NCBI RefSeq assembly: GCF_006345805.1 | Contig: NW_021825323.1 | Location: forward strand, 620,001-684,000 | From: Octopus sinensis | Lineage: Eukaryota | Direction of reading: 5' to 3' | Length of the DNA stretch: 64,000 nt | Part shown: positions 40,094 to 51,778 of the stretch, one piece after another | How the letters are laid out: the number at the start of each line of letters is the position of its first letter | How positions within the stretch are numbered: the first letter of the stretch is position 1 | Made by a program: the position numbers and the translations under genes | The notes under the pieces: model-generated | What the model was told of the DNA's origin: nothing | The model's input: the letters and a program-made list of their open reading frames with translations, nothing else | The model's database searches: none

Positions 40094-40180
40094 TTACCTT
40101 CATTATTTGTTTTTATTAAAATTTAAAAATTGAATTTTTTTATTAAAGAATTATTTAAGTTTTTTGTGCACGTTTTTTTA

Positions 40181-41271
40181 ATGTTGGTTTCTTTTGACAG
40201 TCCAGTTGTGGATGTTGCAACTTATAATGATAGTGCTGTCGTTGTGGACGTTGAAGGAGACTTATATGTGTAGGGAGCAATTTATTAATATCGTTCCTAG
40301 CAATCATTTATCCGACGAAGGATTGATTAGAAAATCTAAACATAATTTATATGATAATCCCTCTCGGTGTGTACAGTTTATTCCCAATTCGACAATGGCA
40401 GTAGCCATTTCTTCTGCAGGGTTGTTGAAATTTTTTGACACTGAACGATCTTTAATTACTGGCGTCAAGAACACACGCAATAAACCTCACTGTCTCAAGG
40501 CACATAATGAAAACCTTTTTATAGTCGGTGACGAACTGGGATGTCTCGAGGTTGTAAAATTAACTATTTAAACAACAGATTTTTGATTTAAGGGAAAATA
40601 AATGTATTTTCACAGATTATTTGTGTTCTGATTATTTGAGTGATATTTACACAGATGGGAGACTCAAGGCTATTGCCACATCGTATGTTGAATGAGTTTT
40701 ATTTGTAGAGGTGACGGCACTCTCGTCGCTTATGATCTGCGACGTCATAAAACTCTCTGCTCCTCTGAGTCCCTTGACACGGATTTGATGTCTGTGACCG
40801 TCATTTCAGTTTATTTGTTTATATTTTTTTAAGGATGGAATGAAAGTTGTTTGCGGAGATGCGGACGGGGCTCTTGATTTTTTTAATTGGAATGAGTTTG
40901 GAAATATTTTTGACAGATATCCTGGTCATGCTGGAGGAATAAACTCGATTCTTTCAGTTGGTGGTAACACTGTGGTTTCATCCTGTGATGATGGGTTCAT
41001 TAGGTTGATTATAAAGTTGAGTTTATAGAGTAGAATAATTAATTTATTCCCACATTCTGTGATTAATTCCGTTCCTGTTGTACAATCTAACGGAGTCGAC
41101 CGCATTGCTCTAATGAAGGGGAAGTTGTTATGCACTTGTTTTAATGACTGTGACTTGCATATTATTGATATTGAAAAAGCTATTTCCAAGGCTGCGGGTA
41201 TACGCCTGAAAAATTCAAAACCAATGATTAATCCTAAGAAGACAAGATCAACATTTTTTGACGATATGTAA
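40181..41271 (+). CDS. WDR55: WD repeat protein 55 (Jip5-like)
   Basis: GDELGCLE|IFDLR, S|GDGTLVAYDLRR, KVVCGDADGALDFFNWNEFGNIFDRYPGH, CDDGFIR|VVNLFP. Confidence 0.85.
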
Positions 41272-43504
41272 ATGAATTTTACGATTTGTGTCAATTATTT
41301 GTTCTATTTTATATAATGAACGTATCTTGAAGCAAACATTGGTTTATTATTGATAGGTTTTTCTTAATTTTTTAAGAGTTGTCAATCTTTTAAATTATTG
41401 AATGTGTATTTTTTGCGAATATTTGATACAGTTTTGGCTGAGAAACAGTCGCTTTAAAAATATATGAAGTAGTCTTTACGGGCTGATTTTTGAGGATGGA
41501 TTGATAGACAAAATTAAGCTTTATCACATTTCAATCTTGTGGTCTAATTTTGTTTCATAAATATAGGAAATTCTATTTTTATTTAAAGTTTGGTCTCTTC
41601 TGTAATAAAAATAAGCTGCCAGAAAGTCGTCTTAAGTTTATTGAATATTGCAAACAGGTTGTTAAAAACTTTATTGGCATTACATTAATAAATTGTGATT
41701 TGTCGACATTTGAGAATTTATTTGATAGATAAATATACAAGTAATATAGGCGCCATATCAAACCTGTCTTACTTTCCTCACCTGCTACATTTGATTTATT
41801 ACATCGCGAATAGTCTCAGTTAATAGTATTGCAGCAGTGTATACGGTTGGTAACCAACATGAGTAAATTGTTTATAAAATTCTTTTTAAAAACATGCTAG
41901 TTGAAGGGGAATCCTTATATAACACTAGTGTTTTCCTAGTCAAAAAGCTAAATATTTGTTCCACATAATGAGTGTTTCTTTCAGCTTCAAACAAATCCGG
42001 TTTTCGTTAACAGTGTGATCCACGTTTTAGATATCGCTAGCGAAGGAAATTTAGTCAGAACTATACTAGTCCACTTCAGAATGATCCCATATTTCCATAC
42101 TTTTGATCGTTTTCTAAATGTGTCATTAGACGTCCAGGTCGTACTTTCCCACATCTCCCACCACGGTTAGACGTGTTGACATTATTAACTAGAAGTGTTT
42201 ACCTACGTTAAACTAAGCGAATGCAATGTCTCTGTGGGATCCTGGGATTAAATCATAGTGCAAGACGGGGTCAGCACAGGACTGGGAGGTGTGGGCTTAT
42301 ATTGAGTTTTAAAGACCGTCCTCTTATTTTGTAAGCTTCACAACAACATTGGTGTGTTCTACCATTATTGTAGTGTATACCGAGTATTGCGGTGAGACGT
42401 GCACATTTTATTTTCTTTCTTCAGCGTCTCGCCATGCCATGAGAGGAATAAATTCGATTTGAATCGAAGCGTGGCATCGGACTCGTTACGCCGCAGACTG
42501 AGTGAAGATGTTAATCAAATGTCTTGTCTACAAATACTATTCAAAATCAAAGCAGTTTCATGACGGAGAGATTAGATTTTTCATATATCACCTGACCAAC
42601 ATTTGAGACTGTCTCATCTCTTAATCAAAACTTTCCGTCATCATCAAATTCGTCAATCCGATGTACCCGTCTTGAAATTCTAAATCTCTCTCACAAAACA
42701 AGTCTTTTACAACGGCATTGCACCTGGGCCATTCAAAAATAAATAAAATGTATGTTTTGCTCGAATGCCAAATGAGCAATTTCAACTGTATGTCCTTGAA
42801 TTATATATAGATCCGATGTCATTTCAAGTCGAGTGTTTATTACAAATTAAGCCATCATGTACAAAAGTATTATTAGTCGTTTATTTCGGAAGAATTGTTC
42901 TTCAAATTTGAAATCAGAAAAAATACAGAGTGACCGCATAAATTCTTTGGTCGTGCACAATTATCTAGTAAAGTGACTGACTATCCGATAGAAAGTATTA
43001 GATCAGCACTATTTGTAAAGTTCCAAAGATTGACAATTGTTAACCAGAATCACCTATTTCTGCCATCCATTAATTGTGTTTCTTTTGTGAAAATGTTGGT
43101 GATGTGCACAGTTATTGTAAATAACAATTTTAGGATGTCCAAGTTGGAATAAGTGATTACTCACAAGTCGTGGATTGGTCCTGTTAGTTGTCTTCGTGTA
43201 AAAATATGTGTAGAAATATTGGCTAATTTCTTATACAGAGACTTAGACATTTGTACAAAACCGACAGCAATAAGTACTAATTAAGATATGACAAATGTTT
43301 TATTCAACGATCTTTTCAAAATGTTTTATTTTAATCTAAAAAAGTTTAGTAAACCTAAAAATTAACTTTTAGATGATATTTTTTATCAAAATTTTTTAAT
43401 CAAATTCGAAAATTACTTTAGTTACCATATAGATAACAATTTTTGATATATCTTATTAAAAAAATATCAAAATAAAACATTATAACGTAATTAAACTCAC
43501 AAAA

Positions 43505-43875
43505 TCAAAACTCATCTTCAAATTGAAATAAACAGGATTTATTTCTGTTTAAATTTTTTCCATGGTTATTCTAAAATATTGACATGAAAACTCATATACT
43601 TTTTTGATGCAATAAGAGAGATAGTCAGCCGTGTTTTTATGAAAAATTATGTTTCTTAATGAATCTGATACATAACTATATACGTTTTGAGTAGGGCTGG
43701 CTACAATGACTGCAATTTCGCACCCGGTCAAGACGGAGAGTTCATGACCCTTTTATAGGTTGAAGAATTAGTTAACTTTTTTAAGAATTCCTTCTTTTCT
43801 TTTGCTTAAAGTTTGTCTTCGTTTAACTGTGTCGTTAATATATTCCAATTGGATTTTTGATTTTCCTTTAGCCAT
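43505..43875 (-). CDS. Minimal SRF-type MADS-box protein of about 104 aa, 2 introns (27 and 29 nt)
   Basis: MAKGKSKIQLEYINDTVKRRQTLSKRKEGILKK|GHELSVLTGCEIAVIVASPTQNVYSY. Confidence 0.85.
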
Positions 43876-45000
43876 TTCAACAGATAAAATTTGTTGTGGT
43901 TTAAAATATATATGTTATAACAGACTAAAATAAATATAAAAATGTAAAAAAAATAAAAATTTATTTTTATTAAAATATCAACTGGATACACTGCATATTT
44001 TAGTTGTGGTGGTGACGTCCAACTTTTCATTTTTGTCACTTATGCCTTCGAGTATCCCCACCTGATTATTTACCCTAATTATTAGGGTAAAGGCCTAATA
44101 CCAGAGGCCTAAATGAGTAGATAAAGAGGCATATCTATAGACCTCAAAAGATACCGATACTCAGTTTGCTAGTTTAAGCGACTTTGGGAACATAATGTTC
44201 ACAGGGACCTCAGAACTGTCACCACATTATTTAATTTAGCCAGCAAAAACCCGTCAGCGCACTATATCATCCAGATGTGCCAATCATTACGAAATTACAG
44301 AAGGAAATGAGGATCAAATCTGAAAATTTCTTATTTTACCGCTATAAATAAAGATTGTGAAGAATTTGTGAAATTTGACCTGATTTTAAATTCTGCTATC
44401 TGGTGGATGGGAGGAGAAGAAAGCAAATAAAAAATTTCCTGGGAATCGGGCGGCCAATGCTGAGAAAGAAGGATTCCTTGAATATGATTTTTTCATGGTC
44501 TCTGAGTCAATTGAGAAAATTCATGAAGGACGGTGACGATCTCAGAATCTTACATGTCTGGCAGGTCGGCGTGAAGGGATCTGGTGGAAAGGATACATAT
44601 GATTATAGATTTAATGATCTTATATATGTAGCTATTTCTCACTATGTTACGAACAGATGTTTGAAAATGCTCTCTTTTTTTCTTAACATTTTTGTTTGGC
44701 TATCAAAGGGGGTCACTGTGGTCCATTTTTTCACTTAATAAAGGAGAAATATAAAATCTATCGTTCCTTTCTAGGAAAAATTGGTCAACATGATGACTCT
44801 TCTTTCCTTCAAAGGAATTTGAAATCAATAATAAGCCTGCCATGAAAAGGATTGTCGGGATCAGGGGACCAATTATCATAACTAATTATTATCCTGATTT
44901 CGGGTTAAAAAATTAACAATAAATCTTTTGAACCACGAGGAAGCCAAACTTTCGTAAAATGAATTTGTATTTTACCTTGTCATTTTGTTTCTGTCATTAT

Positions 45001-46429
45001 TAGGCAAACCAAAAATTGCACTTTTTAATAAAAAAAATTGCAAAAATGATTTTAAATTGTAAAAAATTGCAAAAATAATTTTTTTTAATTGTAAACATTA
45101 CATTATGCAAAAAATAACGAAATTATTTATTGTAATAGGAAATCAAATATTCCTGAACATTTTCAGGTTTAAAGTTCCTCTCTTTACTAAGAATTTTCGT
45201 CAAAAGAGATATTGCCCTTTCGATAGATGCTGAACTTGCGCTACATTTTCTGAGATGTGAATAAACTTCTGGCGATAGATTCTTATTTGAGAATTCAAGA
45301 ATACTTAGTATTCCTGATTTCTCAAGCTTTTTTGATATATAGGATTTTATGTCGCATGGATCTGATGTAAAGTCTAGGGTGTTTAGATCACCATAAGCTG
45401 TTGCAATGGAGTAATCAAGCAATTCAGTATTTGAAATCATTTCAATTAATCCCAAATAATTTGAACTGATTTGGGTTAAGCTTGGAAACAACGTAGGATT
45501 ATTCACTGATTTTTTTGCCTAAAATAATTAAAAACTAAAACATTTTGTATTAAAACTCCATCTCCTTCAAATTCAGATACGATTTTAATAATTTCTGGAA
45601 GATTCTGGGAGTAATATTTTGCTGCTTTTAGCCAGCTTCCCCATCTTGTAACCACAACTTCGGGTGGATTTCCGATTCGTGAAAACATCTCCAAACGTCT
45701 CTCTTTGTTTTTGACTGTGGCAGCCTTTATAGACGAAATCAATTCATCAACATCTGCGAAGTATGCCTTAATCTTTAGAGCACAGTTGTGCAATAAATGT
45801 GACACGCAAGTCACGTGGAAAAGATTTTGGTATATCAATTTCATTGATGCCCCAGCTAAAATTAAATTTATTTATATATACCACTGGTCATATATCTCGC
45901 CCCATCTGTAACGAATAATATAAAATTTTCACGTTCAATAAAAATTTCTTTCTTTATTACTTTGTCCACCTCAACACAAATTGTTGAAGTAGTAGGCGGA
46001 TAATATAGATTGGTACACGATACTAAATGAAGATTTTTTGGAGTGGAGATTTTCCCAATCAAAGTAATTAAAAAACGAGTTCCATTGATTTGGGCTTCAT
46101 CACAACAAAAAAAACACATTCCCCACTATTGAATAACTTAAAAAAAACAACAGTAAATGAGTCTGAATGGTATTAATTTTATATTTTGATATTTCTTTAA
46201 CATTTAACCTGCAAGATGATTCAGATGGCAAAGGATATGTTTCCTGCTCAAAAAGCCGTATGAGGGAAGGATGTCTGATTTTATAAATTGGTATGTTTGC
46301 CTCCAAAAACGCTTGTGTTACTTTGATCCCCCAATCCTTTCGAGTATCCGTTATCGCCGAAAGAAATGTTTGTGAACTCTGAGATGAATTTGTCCATTCT
46401 ATAAATTTAATTCAAAGAAATACTGTGTG

Positions 46430-46470
<41 letters not shown>

Positions 46471-47134
46471 CTCTTAGAATTTTTTTTTTTTTTTTGAAAA
46501 CCACCAATAACTACAAGTTAATTAATTAAAAGCTTCAAGTGCGGGAAGCCGACGCGATCGAGAAAGAATTAGAGCGTACTATCGCAAGGGATATCCGCTC
46601 GAAAAACCATCTCGATTCGCGGGCGTCGCCTGTGATGGCAGACATGCGGGATCCGATCTCCTGAACGAAGCTGATTGCCTTACTGCCCAAGGAACCGGAA
46701 GTCTCAACCGCGAATGGAAGGAATTGGAACTTCTCCGTAAGTGAGGAGCGCATCAACAAAAAATTTTGTGTCACACCGTACAACATTGAGCAATTGGAGC
46801 AAAATAAATTCCTTCACTGTCAATACAAACTCGGGAATTTCTTTGCATAAAATGAAATTTTCTGTGACACTGTCCTTTTACCCATTACAACAAACAACTA
46901 AAACACGTTTTAATAATCTTTTACTTATAATTATATTATTTTTTAATAAAAAAATTTTTTTTTTAATTTAAAAAAATTGCAAAAAATTGTAAAATGACTA
47001 CAAAAAATTGCAAAAAATTGCAAATTTAAATCGAATAAAAATATAATTAAAATTAATGTCTATTCATTACTTTATTATTATCGAATTTTAATTAAATTAT
47101 ATTTAATTGCAAAAAATTGCAATTGGTTGCCCTA
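45001..47134 (-). mobile_element. hAT element copy 1 (CGGBP1/DUF659-like transposase, intron-containing, disrupted)
   Basis: Ends TAGGCAAACC and GGTTGCCCTA; subterminal AAATTGCA repeats. Motifs: BED-like FCSNC...DAH, TDGARYM, HVTCVSHLLH, TRWGSWL, SASIERAIS. Flanked by GTCATTAT on the left and GTAATAAC on the right. Confidence 0.92.
46431..46747 (-). mobile_element. CRE-type 3' fragment inserted in hAT copy 1, with a split poly(A) tail
   Basis: FLPFAVETSGSLGSKAISFVQEIG...ERISLAIVRSNSFSI; on the minus strand A16 + TTCTAAGAG + A40. Removing it restores the transposase codons VDAHTV; TSD of at most 2 bp (GC). Confidence 0.9.
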
Positions 47135-50100
47135 GTAATAACTTACGACAAAAATTGCGTAAAATAGGATGCAATTTTGCAAAGTCTATTGATATGAGGA
47201 TATGGGGGTACTTGAGATTATGTAATTAAATTGCGTAATAAATTACGTAATATATAATGAAATTTGGGTGTTCCGAAGATATAAGGATACGGGGTACTTG
47301 ACATTATGTAATAAATTGAGTAATAAATTACGTGATATATTATGCAAATTTGAATGGTCCGTAGATGTGAGGATATTAGGGTACTTGAGATTATGTAATA
47401 AATTGGGTAATAAATTGCGTAATATATTATGCAATTTAACAAGTTCCTTAGATATGATATGGGGGTACTTGAGATTATGTAATAAATTTCGTAATAAACT
47501 ATGTAATATATTATGCAATTTTGGAAGGTCCGTAGATATAAGGATACGGGGTACTTGAGATTATGTAATAAATTGAGTAATAAATGGCGTAATATATTAT
47601 GCAATTTTGGAAGGTTTAAGATATGAGGATGTTGGGGTACTTGAGATTATGTAATAAATTGCGTAATAAATTACGTAATATATTATGCAATTTTGGAAAT
47701 TGCGTAGATGTGAGTATTTGGAGTACTTGAGATTATGTAATAAATTGCGTAATATATTATGTAATATATTACCTAATTTTGGAAATTCCGTTGATGTGAG
47801 TATTTTGAGTACTTGAGATTATGTAATAACTTACGACAAAAATTGCGTAAAATAGGATGCAATTTTGCAAGGTCTATTGATATGAGGATATGGGGGTACT
47901 TGAGATTATGTAATAAATTGCGTAATAAATTACGTAATATATTATGCAATTTTGGAAGGTCCGTAGATATAAGGATACGGGGTTCTTGAGATTATGTAAT
48001 AAATTGAGTAATAAATTACGTGATATATTATGCAATTTTGAATGGTCCGTGGATGTGAGGATATTGGGGTACTTGAGATTATGTAATAAATTGGGTAATA
48101 AATTGCGTAATATATTATGCAATTTAACAAGTTCCTTAGATATGATATGGGGGTACTTGACATTATGTAATAAATTTCGTAATAAATGGCGTAATTTATT
48201 ATGCAATTTTGGAAGGTCCAAGATATGAGGATGTTGGGGTACTTGAGATTATGTAATAAATTGCGTAATAAATTACGTAATATATTACGCAATTTTGGAA
48301 ATTGCGTAGATGTGAGTATTTGGAATACTTGAGATTATGTAATAAATTGCGTAATAAATTATGTAATATATTATGCAATTTTGGAAGGTCCGTAGATATA
48401 AGGATACGGGGTACTTGAGATTATGTAATAAATTGAGTAATAAATGGCGTAATATATTATGCAATTGTGGAAGGTTTAAGATATGAGGATGTTGGGGTAC
48501 TTGAGATTATGTAATAAATTGCGTAATAAATTACGTAATATATTATGCAATTTTGGAAATTGCGTAGATGTGATTATTTGGAGTACTTGAGATTATGTAA
48601 TAACTTACGAGAAAAATTGCGTAAAATAGGATCCAACTTTGCAAGGACTATTAATATGAGGATATGGGGGTACTTGAGATTATTTAATAAATTGCGTAAT
48701 AAATTACGTAATATATTATGCAATTTTGGAAAGTCCGTAGATATAAGGATACGGGGTACTTGAGATTATGTAATAAATTGAGTAATAAATTACGTGATAT
48801 ATTATGCAAATTTGAATGGTCCGTAGATGTGAGGATATTGGGGTACTTGAGATTATGTAATAAATTGGGTAATAAATTGCGTAATATATTATGTAATATA
48901 TTACCTAATTTTGGAAATTGCGTAGATGTGAGTATTTGGAGTACTTGAGATTATGTAATAACTTACGAGAAAAATTGCGTAAAATAGGATCCAATTTTGC
49001 AAGGTCTATTAATATGAGGATATGGGGGTACTTGAGATTATTTAATAAATTGCGTAATAAATTACGTAATATATTATGCAATTTTGGAAAGTCCGTAGAT
49101 ATAAGGATACGGGGTACTTGAGATTATGTAATAAATTGAGTAATAAATTACGTGATATATTATGCAAATTTGAATGGTCCGTAGATGTGAGGATATTGGG
49201 GTACTTGAGATTATGTAATAAATTGGGTAATAAATTGCGTAATATATTATGTAATATATTACCTAATTTTGGAAATTGCGTAGATGTGAGTATTTGGAGT
49301 ACTTGAGATTATGTAATAACTTACGAGAAAAATTGCGTAAAATAGGATCCAATTTTGCAAGGTCTATTAATATGAGGATATGGGGGTACTTGAGATTATT
49401 TAATAAATTGCGTAATAAATTACGTAATATATTATGCAATTTTGGAAAGTCCGTAGATATAAGGATACGGGGTACTTAAGATTATGTAATAAATTGAGTA
49501 ATAAATTACGTGATATATTATGCAATTTTGAATGGTCCGTAGATGTGAGGATATTAGGGTACTTGAGATTATGTAATAAATTGGGTAATAAATTGTGTAA
49601 TATATTATGTAATATATTACCTAATTTTGGAAATTGCGTAGATGTGAGTATTTGGAGTACTTGAGATTATGTAATAACTTACGAGAAAAATTGCGTAAAA
49701 TAGGATCCAATTTTGCAAGGTCTATTAATATGAGGATATGGGGGTACTTGAGATTATTTAATAAATTGCGTAATAAATTACGTAATATATTATGCAATTT
49801 TGGAAATTGCGTAGATGTGATTATTTGGAGTACTTGAGATTATGTAATAAATTGCGTAATATATTATGTAATATATTACCTAATTTTGGAAATTCCGTTG
49901 ATGTGAGTATTTTGAGTACTTGAGATTATGTAATAACTTACGACAAAAATTGCGTAAAATAGGATGCAATTTTGCAAGGTCTATAGATATGAGGATATGG
50001 GGGTACTTGAGATTATGTATGTAATAAATTGCGTAATAAATTACGTAATATATTATGCAATTTTGGAAGGTCCGTAGATAAAAGGATACGGGGTACTTGA

Positions 50101-50299
50101 GATTATGTAATAAATTGAGTAATAAATTACGTGATATATTATGCAAATTTGAATGGTCCGTAGATGTGAGGATATTGGGGTACTTGAGATTATGTAATAA
50201 ATTGGGTAATAAATTGCGTAATATATTATGTAATATATTACCTAATTTTGGAAATTGCGTAGATATGAGTATTTGGAGTACTTGAGATTATGTAATAAC
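47135..50299. repeat. Satellite array: about 36 monomers of 86-87 bp (some 98 bp), built from 12-bp subunits, with a 358-bp higher-order repeat
   Basis: Monomer GTACTTGAGATTATGTAATAAATTGCGTAATAAATTACGTAATATATTATGCAATTTTGG...AGAT(A/G)TGAGGAT...GGG. Higher-order repeat starts at 48583, 48941, 49299 and 49657. Confidence 0.97.
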
Positions 50300-51778
50300 T
50301 AGGGCAACCAAAAAATTGCACTTTTTAATAAAAAAAATTGCAAAAATGAATTTTAAAAATTGTAAAAAATTGCAAAAATAATTTTTTTTAATTGTAAACA
50401 TTACATTATGCAAAAAATTAACGAAATTATTTATTGTAATAGGAAATCAAATATTCCTGAACATTTTCAGGTTTAAAGTTCCTCTCTTTACTAAGAATTT
50501 TCGTCAAAAGAGATATTGCCCTTTCGATAGATGCTGAACTTGCGCTACATTTTCTGAGATGTGAATAAACTTCTGGCGATAGATTCTTATTGAGAATTCA
50601 AGAATACTTAGTATTCCTGATTTCTCAAGCTTTTTTGATATATAGGATTTTATGTCGCATGGATCTGATGTAAAGTCTAGGGTGTTTAGATCACCATAAG
50701 CTGTTGCAATGGAGTAATCAAGCAATTCAGTATTTGAAATCATTTCAATTAATCCCAAATAATTTGAACTGATTTGGGTTAAGCTTGGAAACAACGTAGG
50801 ATTATTCACTGATTTTTTGCCTAAAATAATAAAAACTAAAACATTTTGTATTAAAACTCCATCTCCTTCAAATTCAGATACGATTTTAATAATTTCTGGA
50901 AGATTCTGGGAGTAATATTTTGCTGCTTTTAGCCAGCTTCCCCATCTTGTAACCACAACTTCGGGTGGATTTCCGATTCGTGAAAACATCTCCAAACGTC
51001 TCTTGTTTTTGACTGTGGCAGCCTTTATAGACGAAATCAATTCATCAACATCTGCGAAGTATGCCTTAATCTTTAGAGCACAGTTGTGCAATAAATGTGA
51101 CACGCAAGTCACGTGGAAAAGATTTTGGTATATCAATTTCATTGATGCCCCAGCTAAAATTAAATTTATTTATATATACCACTGGTCATATATCTCGCCC
51201 CATCTGTAACGAATAATATAAAATTTTCACGTTCAATAGAAAATTTCTTTATTACTTTGTCCACCTCAACACAAATTGTTGAAGTAGTAGGCGGATAATA
51301 TAGATTGGTACACGATACTAAATGAAGATTTTTTGGAGTGGAGATTTTCCCAATCAAAGTAATTAAAAAACGAGTTCCATTGATTTGGGCTTCATCACAA
51401 ACAAAAAAAACACATTCCCCACTATTGAATAACTTAAAAAAAACAACAGTAAATGAGTCTGAATGGTATTAATTTTATATTTTGATATTTCTTTAACATT
51501 TAACCTGCAAGATGATTCAGATGGCAAAGGATATGTTTCCTGCTCAAAAAGCCGTATGAGTTTATAATCTTTTACTTATAATTATATTATTTTTTAATAA
51601 AAATTTTTTTTTTAATTTAAAAAAATTGCAAAAAATTGTAAAATGACTACAAAAAATTGCAAATTGCAATTTAATCGAATAAAAATATAATTAAAATTAA
51701 TGTCTATTCATTACTTTATTATTTAATCGAATTTTAATTAAATTATTTTAATTGCAAAAAATTGCAATTGTTTCCCTA
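50300..51778 (-). mobile_element. hAT element copy 2, near-identical to copy 1 but missing the segment equivalent to about 46265-46910
   Basis: Ends TAGGGCAACC and GTTTCCCTA. Flanked by GTAATAAC (50292-50299) and GTCATTAT (51779-51786). Confidence 0.92.

Noticed and set aside
41300-43400. Probable unannotated gene between WDR55 and the MADS gene
   Set aside because: Intron-like GT...AG pieces and short open frames are present on the plus strand, but there is no coherent model or homology.
44150-44900. ORF 44403-44738 as a gene or as cargo of the composite element
   Set aside because: It lies outside the outer TSD, has no recognisable motif, and has stops in the neighbouring frames.
47135-50299. 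CRISPR-like repeat-spacer array, and the many ORFs called across it
   Set aside because: The variable parts of the monomers are homologous to each other rather than unique spacers, there are no cas genes, and the context is eukaryotic. The ORFs are translations of a stop-poor repeat on both strands.
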